From Macrostomum lignano (lineage: Eukaryota), in contig NIVC01002550.1 in assembly GCA_002269645.1 (NCBI GenBank), forward strand, positions 38,119 to 102,118: DNA of 64,000 bases, read 5' to 3'. Positions 9,661 through 22,887 of the stretch are shown here, in pieces. A program made the position numbers and the translations under genes. The number at the start of each line of letters is the position of its first letter. Within the stretch, counting starts at the first letter, position 1. Below the pieces are notes generated by a model that saw nothing but the letters and a program-made list of their open reading frames with translations, was not told where the DNA came from and made no database searches.

Positions 9661-12600
9661 ATGGACTCAAATGAAGAGAATGAACTAAGCTTTAAGCTAC
9701 CAGAAGTTCATTTTAGCGACGATGACGATGACGAAACATCTTCCACAGGTGGATCAAATGTGAGATAGCGAATCAAACTTTAAGTTATTTAAGACTATTT
9801 TCTTTCAAGTGTAGCAGCTTTTCGTGTGATTTGCACTGTTTTCCTTAGACCATAATCGGATATCACAAAAATAATTTACCCGGTGTCCTATCTGTAAAGG
9901 AAGACCAAATACCCTACCTTACTTAAGGCGTACTTAATTTATATGAATCCACAAAATTACTTAAAAACATGTATCATCATATCAAAAAGTTTGTCTACAT
10001 GCTATAATTTTTATAAAAACGCCATACCTTATATTCCACTACAGTCTTTTCATTACGCTTTGCAATTTTTTTGTAAGTTTTATAAAGTGATCTCTGAACT
10101 TATAATTCACAACAAATAGATTCTCATTTCACATTCATTTCCCTTCATACGAAAAATCACCTGAATGTAAAGTGTATTGTACTTGATTTTTTATTTTAAA
10201 TAACTACAGATTCAGATTTTTTCCCGGCCAACCCTGGGCAATGAAGAGTCAGGCGATATCGACCTCAGCTTTTTGGATGTAAGATTCTTAAATGATTTGT
10301 TAAAGTACATTTTTTAATACAGTTTGACTGAATTAAATATTGTGCTCAATACTTTTATTCAGGACTCCAACTCGCTGGACTGGCAGGGTGAAGCTGAAGT
10401 TGGAGACAACAGCGACATGGCCGTCGATTTTCCAGAACCGGTGCGCGACATCGCCTCTGGGTTTTGGTCAGCGAAAGAAGACTCAGCAGAGATGCAGAAA
10501 CCGTATTTTACCGCGACAACACAATCCATGTCGTCAGGGACGCAGTGCGACGCCGACCAGAGCGCCGTGCCAAAACGGTTTGCCTCGGCCGGAACCTCCA
10601 CGGCTGCATCTTCGCCAGGGGCTCCCGCTCTGAAGACTTCGACGGAGGTGAAAAAATCCACGACGCTGGCCAGCTCAGCTGGCCGCAGCAACGGCGGCAG
10701 CTGGGCGCCTTTGAAGCTCGGCGACGTTGCCGATGCGCAGCTGTCGAAAGTGCTGGACCAGCTCCAGCTGCCTGATGAGCCCGCTGACATCGACATCACC
10801 AGCTTGACGGCTGAGCCTGGTGAGTTGCCAACTGTCTGTCTGTCAGCTGTAGTGTCTGTCAGCTGTAATGTCTGTCAGCTGTAGTGTCTGTCAGCTCAAG
10901 TGTCCGTCAGCTGTAGTGTCTGTCAGCTGTAGTGTCTGTCAGCTGTAGTGTCTGTCGGCTCAAGTGTCTGTCAGCTGTAGTGTCTGTCGGCTCAAGTGTC
11001 TGTCAGCTGTAGTGTCTGTCGGCTCAAGTGTCTGTCAGCTGTAGTGTCTGTCGGCTCAAGTGTCTGTCAGCTGTAGTGTCTGTCAGCTGTAATGTCTGTC
11101 AGCTGTAGTGTCTGTCAGCTCAAGTGTCCGTCAGCTGTAGTGTCTGTCAGCTCAAGTGTCTATCAGCTTTAGTGTCTGTCAGCTGTAGTGTCTGTCAGCT
11201 GTAGTGTCTGTCAGCTGTAGTGTCTGTCAGCTCAAGTGTCTGTCAGCTTTAGTGTCTGTCAGCTGTAGTGTCTGTCAGCTGTAGTGTCTGTCAGCTCAAG
11301 TGTCCGTCAGCTCGTGTCCGTCAGCTGTAGTGTCTGTCAGCTGATGTGTCTGTCAGCTCAAGTGTCTGTCAGCTCAAGTGTCCGTCAGCTGTAGTGTCTA
11401 TCAGCTCGTGTCCGTCAGCTGTAGTTTCTGTCAGCTGTAGTGTCTGTCAGCTGTAGTGTCTGTCAGCTGTAGTTTCTGTCAGCTGTAGTGTCTGTCAGCT
11501 GTAGTGTCTGTCAGCTTTAGTGTCTGTCAGCTCAAGTGTCCGTCAGCTGTAGTGTCCGTAAGCTGTAGTGTCTGTCAGCTGTAGTTTCTGTCAGCTCTAG
11601 TGTCTGTCAGCTCAAGTGTCTGTCAGCTGATGTGTCTGTCAGCTGTAGTGTCTGTCAGCTGTAGTGTCTGTCAGCTTTAGTGTCTGTTAGCTCAAGTGTC
11701 CGTCAGCTGTAGTGTCTGTCAGCTCAAGTGTCCGGCAGCTGTAGTGTCTGTCAGCTCGTGTCCGTCAGCTGTAGTGTCTGTCAGCTCTAGCGATTTGTCC
11801 GCATTCCCGACAGATGCAGCCCGCAACGACGAGCTGCTCCGTCAGTTGAGCCAGCACAGCCTGATGTTCAGCGGTTCCAGACAGCCGAAACCGCAACCGG
11901 CTCCGCCAGCCAGCCGCAGCCCAGCATCAACAAGCACAGCAGTGGCTACTAGCACTACTAACAGTAGCAGCGGTGCGGCAGCATACGCGGACTCGCTCAC
12001 TGATCGGGCACTGCAAGCTATGGAAGCGTCTGCTAAACGACAAACAGTTCGAGTTGACCTTCGACACAGCCAAGCTGCATCGCTGCAGATGTCCGACCTG
12101 CTGCGGTTTGGCCCGACGCTGTTGGACTCGTCGGAGGCGAAGGCTAACGCCACGGCGGCTGGAGACAATCATCGAGAGAGCAGCTCGGAGGATGAGGACG
12201 ATAGCGCAGCGGGAGGTCTCTGGCTGGACTCGTATCGACGGGCTAAACAGGCTGGATGGTTAGTGGCTGGTGTGTTGCCTTGCAATCGGTCCCCTCAGCA
12301 GCCTTAGCAACCCCCCAAACAAAAATTCTCCCAAAATTTAGGCCAGCCAATTCCCAGGCCAACTTGAAGCGTCCGCCGGCTCAAAAAGTCTCGACAACAG
12401 CCTTCGCTGGGACAAAGACTTCACCCGTTGCTGGCGGTGACGCGGCCTCTGACAAAGACTCACAGCCAGTTCCCGCTGTGTCTCAAAAAGAGAATGGCCT
12501 GTCAAAGACGGCATCGAGCGGACAGCATAAACTGTCTGGTGATTCAGCAGCAAACTCGGCGTTGAACCCAGAAAATGTTAGCATGGCTGCGCCGCAAACT

Positions 12601-15600
12601 CTTTCGCCAGCTGCTGATTTGGAGAAAAAGTTGCAAGCAATGTGAGTAAAAAACTGCTTTGTTGAAGGAATATTTTCAGAGTGTACATGTATCGTATGGT
12701 GGCGACATTGAACCCCATTTCCACTGTCTATTGAAGCGACAGTCAATCCCATTTCCACTGTCTATTGATGCAACGATCAACTCCATTTCCACTGTCTATT
12801 GAAGCAACAATCAATCCCATTTCCACTGTCTATTGAAGCAACAATCAATCCCATTTCCACTGTCTATTGAAGCGACAGTCAATCCCATTTCCACTGTCTA
12901 TTGAAGCGACAGTCAATCCCATTTCCACTGTCTATTGAAGCGACAGTCAACCACATTTCCACTGTCTATTGAAGCGACATTCAACCCCATTTCCACTGTC
13001 TATTGAAGCGACAGTCAATCCCATTTCCACTGTCTATTGAAGCGACAGTCAATCCCATTTCCACTGTCTATTGAAGCGACAGTCAATCCCATTTCCACTG
13101 TCTATTGAAGCAACGATCAATCCCATTTCCACTGTCTATTGAAGCGACAGTCAACCACATTTCCACTGTCTATTGAAGCGACATTCAACCCCATTTCCAC
13201 TGTCTATTGAAGCGACAGTCAATCCCATTTCCACTGTCTATTGAAGCGACAGTCAATCCCATTTCCACTGTCTATTGAAGCGACATTCAATCCCATTTCC
13301 ACTGTCTATTGAAGCGACAGTCAACCACATTTCCACTGTCTATTGAAGCGACAGTCAATCCCATTTCCACTGTCTATTGAAGCGACAGTCAACCCCATTT
13401 CCACTGTCTATTGAAGCAACGATCAACCCCATTTCCACTGTCTATTGAAGCGACAGTCAATCCCATTTCCACTGTCTATTGAAGCGACAGTCAATCCCAT
13501 TTCCACTGTCTATTGAAGCGACAGTCAATCCCATTTCCACTGTCTATTGAAGCAACGATCAACCCCATTTCCACTGTCTATTGAAGCGACAGTCAACCCC
13601 ATTTCCACTGTCTATTGAAGCGACAATCAACCCTATTAATACTAACTATTGGAGTGACAATCAGCCCCACAGATTTGACTGCCTAATCTCTCTAAAAGCA
13701 TCTAAAAGTCCTTAAAAAAGCAGTTCGCCAACACCCACAAATTCTCCCCCAAAGGCGCCAGCGGGAAGCGGAGCTGTCACGCCGCCGATCGCTTCTGCTC
13801 GCTCTCCGAGACCTGGCGCCGAATCTCGTAGCGGTCGGCCTCGAACCGGTCGCTCATGATGACGTCAGCTTTACCGAGCCGGCTCCCGAGCCTCTTGACC
13901 CGTCCTGCCGCCAGTCGGAGAATCTGCTGCTCCTAGAAGCCCGGCTAAGTCCATGCGGTCAGCTTCTGGGAGTCAACGGTCAGCCTCTGGACGTTGTTGA
14001 CACTGCTCGCGATGCCAGCTACCACTGCTTGCTAGTCTGGCTACTCAGCCTGTCAGCTGCTCAGCCGAAACCAACCGATCCACTGCACATCCTCGGACTT
14101 CGCCAGCTAGCGGACAGCGGCAGCGGCCAGCTCCGATTGCAAGTTGCCGCCCACGCCAACAGGGACATGCCGCTGCATCGCTACCTGTCCGATACGAATC
14201 TTCATCAGGCCTGCTCAGCTTGGTTCAATGCCGAATTTAACGACCTATTCGTGAGTCGGCATCCGCTATCGACTCTGCTCAGCGTGAGTCGATCGATGGA
14301 CGGTCGATCCTTGGCCAGCGACCGAGTCTCGATGTTCTGGTGTCCGTTGAGACGAGAGCCGTCCGGTCTGGTGGAGCACTGGCCACCCTGCTCTCTGCCT
14401 ATGGAGGCCTCCGTGCTGGAGCTTGACAGGGATCTGGCGGCTGCTCAGCCGGCGAGGATGCTCCGCCTGCTGCGGTCTGTGGCATCGGCTGGCTGCGACT
14501 TGGCCGGAGTTCGAATGATTTATTCGGCGGCAAAATCGCAGGCGGCCACACTGGCCATCGCTGTGCGCGGCTGCGGGGCAGTGGCGGCCATGCGATCGGT
14601 TGCCGCTTCCGGCGGCGTGTTTGAAGGCCGGCGCGACGGCTGGGCGGTTAGTCGCTATGCGGAGAGTGTGCCCAGGTAGTTAATTAAAATCATTGTTGCT
14701 ATGGGGAAGTTAAACCGAGTTTAGGATTTTGTTACTGAAAAGGCGAGTTGAGTACAGGTTTTTTGCTATGGGGAAATATAGATTGAGTATGGGTTTGTTT
14801 CTATGGGTAATATACTCGTAGATTGAGTATGGGTTTGTTTCTATGAGAAAGGTTATTGAGTATGGGTTTGTTTGCCATGGGAAGGTAGATTAAGCAGGGG
14901 TTTGTTGCTATGGGGAATGTAAGCACTTGTATATTAATATTATAATACCATGTTATATATTAAGCATGGGTTTGTTGCTATGGGGAAGGTAAATCAAGTA
15001 TAGGTTTGTTGCTAAGTGCGCCAAGTTAAACTGATGGAGTTCTTTCTCTCCCTGACAGAGAGCTGGCCCGCTACTTTGGTGGCCGCCTGTCGCCAAAGAT
15101 GACTCAGTCGCAGGTTCGAGCCCTGGCCCCCGACCGCGAGGATTTAAGCTGCGTAGCCAGATTGCTGACGGCGGCGCCCTTGGAGGACGTGGCGATGTTG
15201 GCCTCGCCTCTGGTCACTGAGATCGGCTGGGTGAGCAGTTGCTGGGCTGCTGAATGGCCGTTTAAGTTTTCTATACAAAACAGGTTCATTTGTCAGAAGT
15301 TTAACCTGTCAGAAGTTGACCTGTCAGAAGTTAACCTGTCAGAAGTTGAACCTGTCAGAAGTTGAACCTGTCAGAAGTTGACCTGTCAGAAGCTTAACCT
15401 GTCAGAAGCTTAACCCGTCAGAAGTTGACCTGTCAGAAGCTTAACCTGTCAGAAGTTGAACCTGTCAGAAGTTGACCCGTCAGAAGTTGAACCTGTCAGA
15501 AGTTGACCTGTCAGAAGTTGAACCTGTCAGAAGTTTAACCTGTCAGAAGTTGACCCGTCAGAAGTTGAACCTGTCAGAAGTTGACCTGTCAGAAGTTGAA

Positions 15601-18600
15601 CCTGTCAGAAGTTTAACCTGTCAGAAGTTTAACCTGTAAGAAGTTTAACCTGTCAGAAGTTGAACCTGTCAGAAGTTTAACCTGTCAAAAGTTGACCCGT
15701 CAGAAGTTGACCTGTCAGAAGTTGAACCTGTCAGAAGTTTAACCTGTCAGAAGTTGAACCTGTCAGAAGAGTTTAGCCTGTCAGAAGAGTTTAACCTGTC
15801 AGAAGCTTAACCTGTCAGAAGCTTAACCCGTCAGAAGTTGACCTGTCAGAAGCTTAACCTGTCAGAAGTTGACCCTGTCAGAAGTTGACCCGTCAGAAGT
15901 TGAACCTGTCAGAAGTTTAACCTGTCAGAAGTTGAACCTGTCAGAAGAGTTTAGCCTGTCAGAAGAGTTTAACCTGTCAGAAGCTTAACCTGTCAGAAGC
16001 TTAACCCGTCAGAAGTTGACCTGCCAGAAGCTTAACCTGTCAGAAGTTGAACCTGTCAGAAGTTGACCCGTCAGAAGTTGAACCTGTCAGAAGTTGACCT
16101 GTCAGAAGTTGAACCTGTCAGAAGTTTAACCTGTCAGAAGTTAACCTGTCAGAAGTTTAACCTGTCAAAAGTTGAGCCTGTCAGAAGTTGAACCTGTCAG
16201 AAGTTTAACCTGTAAGAAGTTTAACCTGTCAGAAGTTGAACCTGTCAGAAGTTTAACCTGTCAAAAGTTGACCCGTCAGAAGTTGACCTGTCAGAAGTTT
16301 AACCTGTAAGAAGTTTAACCTGTCAGAAGTTGAACCTGTCAGAAGTTTAACCTGTCAAAAGTTGACCCGTCAGAAGTTGACCTGTCAGAAGTTAACCTGT
16401 CAGAAGTTTAACCTGTCAGAAGTTGAACCTGTCAGAAGAGTTTAGCCTGTCAGAAGAGTTTAACCTGTCAGAAGCTTAACCTGTCAGAAGCTTAACCCGT
16501 CAGAAGTTGACCTGTCAGAAGCTTAACCTGTCAGAAGTTGAACCTGTCAGAAGTTGACCCGTCAGAAGTTGAACCTGTCAGAAGTTTAACCTGTCAGAAG
16601 TTGAACCTGTCAGAAGAGTTTAGCCTGTCAGAAGAGTTTAACCTGTCAGAAGCTTAACCTGTCAGAAGCTTAACCCGTCAGAAGTTGACCTGTCAGAAGC
16701 TTAACCTGTCAGAAGTTGAACCTGTCAGAAGTTGACCCGTCAGAAGTTGAACCTGTCAGAAGTTGACCTGTCAGAAGTTGAACCTGTCAGAAGTTTAACC
16801 TGTCAGAAGTTAACCTGTCAGAAGTTTAACCTGTCAAAAGTTGAGCCTGTCAGAAGTTGAACCTGTCAGAAGTTTAACCTGTAAGAAGTTTAACCTGTCA
16901 GAAGTTGAACCTGTCAGAAGTTTAACCTGTCAAAAGTTGACCCGTCAGAAGTTGACCTGTCAGAAGTTAACCTGTCAGAAGTTTAACCTGTCAGAAGTTG
17001 AACCTGTCAGAAGAGTTTAGCCTGTCAGAAGAGTTTAACCTGTCAGAAGCTTAACCTGTCAGAAGCTTAACCCGTCAGAAGTTGACCTGTCAGAAGCTTA
17101 ACCTGTCAGAAGTTGAACCTGTCAGAAGTTGACCCGTCAGAAGTTGAACCTGTCAGAAGTTGACCTGTCAGAAGTTGAACCTGTCAGAAGTTTAACCTGT
17201 CAGAAGTTAACCTGTCAGAAGTTTAACCTGTCAAAAGTTTAACCTGTCAAAAGTTGACCCGTCAGAAGTTGACCTGTCAGAAGTTGACCTGTCAGAAGTT
17301 AACCTGTCAGAAGTTTAACCTGTCAGAAGTTGAACCTGTCAGAAGAGTTTAGCCTGTCAGAAGTTGACCTGTCAGAAGCTTAACCTGTCAGAAGCTTAAC
17401 CTGTCAGAAGAGTTTAACCTGTCAGAAGAGTTTAACCTGTCAGAAGTCCCCTACCTGTTAAAGGTTTACCTGTCAATATAAAACCATTCTCAGGTGATTC
17501 ATCTAGCCAGCGAAGGCGGCTTCGCTCTGATTGGCTGTCGAAGAGTGCAGCTGCACCGAGACGAGCTGGCCAATTTGTTAGGCATGGCTGACAGCCAAGC
17601 CGCCTGCTTCTCAAACGGAGTCGCCTGCGTTCTGCTTCTCAGACGCGAAAACGCGCTGCATCACGCCGGCGCCTTCATCCAGAATGTGGTGAAGGAGATC
17701 AAGTCAAGGAGAGAGCTGGGTGAGAAGAAATCAAGACTATTGTCAAGTAGGACTTGAAGTATTAAATAATGCTCTGTGCTGCTCTACCCATTGAAGATCG
17801 ATGAAAATAATTTTTCTGATTAACTTTTGACCACAGCCATTTTTAGTATATGGACTAGCAATTTAGTGCCCCCCTTTGGGGCGGCCAATAATCAAGGGAC
17901 GAAAATTGTCCTCTAGAATAAAAAAGCACATTTTCTTAGAAGCATTCCTCGATGAGATTTTATAAATCACCTTATTTGGGTAAATCTCTGTCAGAAACTT
18001 GACACCTCTTAGTTTACTAGTGAGTAGTCTGACATGATTTGCAAAGCTAAAATACAGTTTTAAATAAAATATTCTGATTTACAGGCGTCCCAGCGTCGCT
18101 GCTTTTCTTTGCCATGCCGTGCTTGTCAGCTGTGCTGCAAACTGTTCACTGTACGAGAATTGACTCGGTGAGTTGCCTCAGAGCGCCTCGTCGAATGAGG
18201 AACAGCTGGAGGGCAATGGCGCCTCATCAAATGGAGAACAGAAAGAAATGGCGCCTCATCAATTAAGAAACAGAGGAGACAATGGTGCCTCATCGATTGG
18301 GGAACAGAGTAGAAAATGGTGCCTCATCAATCGGGGAACAGAGTGGATGGCGCCTCATCAATTGGGGAATAGAGGAGACAGTAGCGCCTCATCAAATGGG
18401 GAACAGAGTAGAAAATGGTGCCTCATCAATCGGGGAACAGAGTGGATGGCGCCTCATCAAATGGGGAACAGAGGAGACAATGGCGCCTCATCGATTGGGG
18501 AACAGAGGAGACAATGGCGCCTCATCAAATGGGGAACAGAGTAGAAAATGGTGCCTCATCAATCGGGGAACAGAGGAGACAATGGCGCCTCATCAGTTGC

Positions 18601-21600
18601 GGAACAATTGGGGAACAATAGCGCCTCATCAAATGGGGAACAAAAGAAGACAATAGCGCCTCATCAAAGCAGCAGGTCACTGGAGCCCACAGTCACCAAT
18701 CCGCTACACCCTCAGCTACCCAAGCTAAAATCGGACGCTCACCGACCTGAGGAGCCCCGCTACGCAGACCAGGAGCAGCTCGCCGTTCTCATCGTCTCCG
18801 GCCGGAATTTCCAAGCCATCGCCGCCGAACTGTTGGATCAGCTGGCCGAATTCGAGCTGCTCGGCTTGAAGTGCCTGCCTCGGTTTCCGCAGCTGCACGC
18901 TCATTTCGTTGCCGAGCAGTTGCTAGGCGGAAGTGGCGGCGGCAGCGAATGGCGAGCAGCCAAGCCGTTGATGGAGCTGCCAGCTCTGACGTCCGTCATC
19001 AGAGGCGTCGGGTTGATGCACCAACTCGACGCTATTGCGCCGCACTATCCAGCTTGCAGCGACTATCGACTGTTGCACAGCACCTCCTGGCATCAGGCCT
19101 ACTGGTGAGTGCATATTGTAATATTTCAACTGTTACCACCTACTGTTAGTAAAGTAATTTCAATAAAGTAGATAAATTTGATTTTAAACATATTTTTTTA
19201 ATATGTTACTCATAGTAAAGATACTGAAACTGCGAGTTGTAGACTTGAAATTTTAGGATGGCTTTTTTTAGGATGACTGGGGTATCAGGTTGTCAGGGGT
19301 GTCAGGTTGTCAGGGGTGTTAGGTTGTCAGGAGTGTCAGGTTGTCAGGCGTGTCAGGTTGTCAGGAGTGTCAGATTGTCAGGAGTGTCAGGTTGTCTGGA
19401 GTGTCAGGTTGTCAGGAGTGTCAGGAGTGTCAGCATCCAGGGTGTCAGAAGAATCAGGGTTGTCAGGGAAAGACTTTAAGCAACTCGAATAGTGACTCCT
19501 GGAAAATCATGCGCAAACTGTCAATCAATCTACAATGTCCTTCACCCGCAGCCTCACTCGCAACTTATTCGCCGACTTCGAACTGTTCGAATGCTCGGAG
19601 CGCCGGCCCTGTCTGCTGACCTGCCCGCCGCCGGAGGCCTCAGGTGCCTCAGCCGAAGCGGCCACCGTCCTCGCCCAGCTCAGACATCCCGGCCCCGATC
19701 GAGTGGTGACTCACAGCTACCTACTGCTCAGTAATAGTAGCAGTGGTAAAGGCGCAAGCAATGACGATCAACATTGGCACCTGCGAGCTGTTGCTAGGGC
19801 CGCTCGGCTGGTTGCTAGGGACGCTTTCGAACTCGACTGGCTAGGCCTGGTGCGTCAGCTCGACACTGACGAGTTTCAATGCGCTGTTCGGCTGCAGCGA
19901 GAAAACTCGGTGTCGGCCTTGATGTGCCGACGATCGGCTTTGGTCGAAGTTCTGCCAGCGAGGGTTGCCGTTGCTATGCCGACAAACTGGCAAGAAGTGA
20001 ACGATGTCGAAAAGAGACTGGGCATCGATCGATTGGTGAGGAGCAGATAGAGATGTTACGTTTTTGGAGAAGTTCGATTCCCGAATCCCACTCGGATAAT
20101 AATTTGTATCCTTGAGCAAGACACTTAACTCTGCATTGCTTTAGTTCACCCAGCTGTAAAATGGGTGCCAGCATTAGCTGGGGTAATTGAAGGTGTGGGT
20201 GGCGACCCCCCAGTCCTTGGACTGAACAGCCGTACGCAGCCTTCAGATACGCCGCGCAATAGCTGCGGCTGAGCTGTCGGTTGCACATGTGCCCATTAGG
20301 GCAGGTGTAAGCAGTTATTTTATTATTATTGGAGGGAGGACTCCTCAAAAGTACCTGGGGAGAACAGGTAAAGAAGAGAACTCCTCGAAAGTACCTGGGG
20401 AGAACAGGTAAAAAGGAGCACTCCTCAAAAGTACCTGGGGAGAACAGGTATAAAGAAAAGCACTCCTCAAAGTACCTGGGGAAAACAGGTATAAAGAAAA
20501 GCACTCCTCAAAGTACCTGGGGAGAACAGGTAAAAGAGGAGCACTCCTCAAAAGTACCTGGAGAAAAGCAGGTTAAGAGGAGCAGTCCTCAAAAGTACTT
20601 GGGGAGAAACAGGTGAGGAAGGTTTATCCCCTAAAGGCACCTTAACGTATTTGAAGAAACGTGGAGAGAGGGGCTCCTAACCAAAGTTAGAAAGATCCAA
20701 ATTTCAGATACACAAGCTGGTAGTTTGATCCTCAAAAAATTACGAAAACTCGAAACACCGCTTTGAAGATCGCGACCGATTTCGAGCTCCTCGCAGCATC
20801 TCAGCAGCAGCAATCGGCAGCGGCCAGCAGATACGCTGCCAACCCGTCGCCGCCTTCGACAGCCACCGCCGCTGGCGACTGCACCGGCTTGTTGTGGCGC
20901 CTGCCAGCCGCTGATGCGCTGCCTCTGCTGGCCCGCCTCTGCGACCTGCTGCACCGTCGAGGCGTCCGACTAATCGGCTTGCGGAGCCTCCGCCTTGAAG
21001 CCGCAACACCCGGGCAGTGCGCCAGCCTCGGTCGCGACCTTCGACTGCACCGTCTGGAAGCAGCTGGGCACGATGGCCTGAGCAGGGACGGCGGGAGCCA
21101 ACGGCGGCAGGTGGACGCTGTGCTGAATGTGAGAACACTGGTGATTGGCAATGAGTCACGTATGATTCTTAGAATCTCTGTATTCGTATGATTTGGTGCT
21201 GGCGCCTCTGGTGCTGGCGCCTCTGGTGCTGGCGCCTCTGGTGCTGGCGCCTCTGGTGCTGGCGCCTCTGGTGCTGGCGCCTCTGGTGCTGGCGCCTCTG
21301 GTGCTGGCGCCTCTGGTGCTGGCGCCTCTGGTGCTGGCGCCTCTGGTGCTGGCGCCTCTGGTGCTGGCGCCTCTGGTGCTGGCGCCTCTGGTGCTGGCGC
21401 CTCTGGTGCTGGCGCCTCTGGTGCTGGCGCCTCTGGTGCTGGCGCCTCTGGTGCTGGCGCCTCTGGTGCTGGCGCCTCTGGTGCTGGCGCCTCTGGTGCT
21501 GGCGCCTCTGGTGCTGGCGCCTCTGGTGCTGGCGCCTCTGGTGCTGGCGCCTCTGGTGCTGGCGCCTCTGGTGCTGGCGCCTCTGGTGCTGGCGCCTCTG

Positions 21601-22816
21601 GTGCTGGCGCCTCTGGTGCTGGCGCCTCTGGTGCTGGCGCCTCTGGTGCTGGCGCCTCTGGTGCTGGCGCCTCTGGTGCTGGCGCCTCTGGTGCTGGCGC
21701 CTCTGGTGCTGGCGCCTCTGGTGCTGGCGCTGACGGGTTGGCACAGAGGCGTCTCTAATGGTCATGTAGTCATTTATAACGTATTATGTATGATGCAGCT
21801 TGTTTATGTTTACATAATTGTACATTTTTCTACAGAATCGGAACGAGCTGATTCCTGGAAACTATTTAGTTTTCATTCTGGAAGGAAACCTGGTGTCGCT
21901 CGGCTTGAGAAACTACTTAAAGTAGGATATTTTTAGCGAATTGCCTTTCTATGAGTATGATGGAATATGGATTTATGTGGACTCTTGTTCCATCACCCTC
22001 ACCACTTGAGAGTACTGTACCTGCGCTTGTCTCTATTTTCTGAAATTCTGAGGTCCCATAAGATTCTCAGTCCATCAATATCATCTCCCATGAGATTCTT
22101 AATCATCAACATCATCTCCTATGAGATTCTCACTCCATCAACATTGTATCCCATGAGATTCTAACTCCATCAGCATGTCTCATATGAGATTCTCACTCCA
22201 TTAACATTATATCCCATAAGATTCTCACTCCATCAGCATGTCTCATATGAGATTCTCACTCCATTAACATTATATCCCAGAAGATTCTCACTCCATTAAC
22301 ATTATATCCCAGAAGATTCTCACTCCATTAACATTATATCCCATAAGATTCTCACTCCATCAATATTATATCCCATGAAATTCTCACTCCATCAGCATAA
22401 TATCCCATGAGATTCTCACTCCATCAGCATGTCTCATATGAGATTCTCACTCCATCAACATTATATCCCATGAGATTCTCACTCCATCAATATTATATCC
22501 CATGAGATTCTCACTCCATCAGCATAATCTCCCATGAGATTCTGTCTCTCCATCAGCATGTCTCATATGAGACTCTCAGCAGCTCATCCCCATCTGGCCC
22601 GAATCTTCGGATTGACAAAAACTGTAATAAACCTGAACTTCAACCCATTTCAGCGAGTCGATGCCACCAGATAACGCGGGCCTGCTGCCCCAGCTGGGCC
22701 ACCCGTCAGTGGTCTATCAAACCGAAGACGCCACCGCCGCTGCTGCTCACCTGGCCAACCGTCTCTGCATGCCGCTTCTTCCCAACGACTTGATTGTTTG
22801 CCTTGACAACAATTGA
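9661..22816 (+). CDS. DNAAF8/C16orf71/Daap1-like protein (~1417 aa): disordered N-terminus plus tandem degenerate NDK-like domains
   Basis: 14 phase-compatible GT-AG exons: 9661-9759, 10210-10278, 10363-10819, 11814-12258, 12342-12641, 13755-14675, 15059-15230, 17494-17719, 18085-18167, 18716-19104, 19552-20035, 20769-21128, 21836-21921, 22654-22816 (sum 4254 nt, open). The N-terminal TVRVDLR...SSSEDEDD resembles DNAAF8 from memory. C-terminal repeats such as GCDLAGVRMIY, GFALIGCRRVQL, FELLGLKCL and GVRLIGLRSLRL...GNYLVFILEG resemble the NDK fold. Gene structure is more certain than the name. Confidence 0.7.
10835..11790. repeat. 16-bp intronic minisatellite (GTGTCTGTCAGCTGTA/CTCAA)
   Basis: Tandem repeats filling intron 10820-11813. 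Confidence 0.95.
12712..13640. repeat. 34-bp intronic minisatellite with an internal ACTGTC...GACAGT stem
   Basis: Unit AATCCCATTTCCACTGTCTATTGAAGCGACAGTC, period 34. Confidence 0.95.
14690..15015. repeat. Degenerate ~33-36-bp intronic repeat (GGGTTTGTTGCTATGGGGAAGGTAGATTGAGTAT-like)
   Basis: Recurrent TTTGTTGCTATGGG / GATTGAGTATGGG motifs. Confidence 0.7.
15293..17452. repeat. 14-16-bp satellite (AACCTGTCAGAAGTT) with higher-order structure, ~2.15 kb
   Basis: Tandem array in intron 15231-17493; variant blocks recur at fixed spacing. Confidence 0.95.
18180..18668. repeat. 31-35-bp intronic minisatellite (ATGGCGCCTCATCAAATGGGGAACAGAGGAGACA)
   Basis: Tandem repeats in intron 18168-18715. Confidence 0.9.
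19270..19470. repeat. 9/18-bp intronic repeat (GTCAGGTTGTCAGGAGT)
   Basis: Tandem repeats in intron 19105-19551. Confidence 0.85.
20330..20615. repeat. ~40-bp intronic minisatellite (CACTCCTCAAAAGTACCTGGGGAGAACAGGTAAAAAGGAG)
   Basis: About 7 tandem copies. Confidence 0.9.
21194..21730. repeat. Perfect 15-bp array (TGGTGCTGGCGCCTC) x ~36
   Basis: No variant units seen across ~537 bp; lies in intron 21129-21835. Confidence 0.97.
22060..22575. repeat. ~32-bp intronic minisatellite (CATGAGATTCTCACTCCATCAACATTATATCC)
   Basis: Tandem repeats in intron 21922-22653. Confidence 0.9.
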
Positions 22817-22887
22817 TTAATTAGTTTGTTGTCTTGTCAACTTGTTTTTACAGAATAAGGCGCATCATTGATGATTTTACAGGCACA

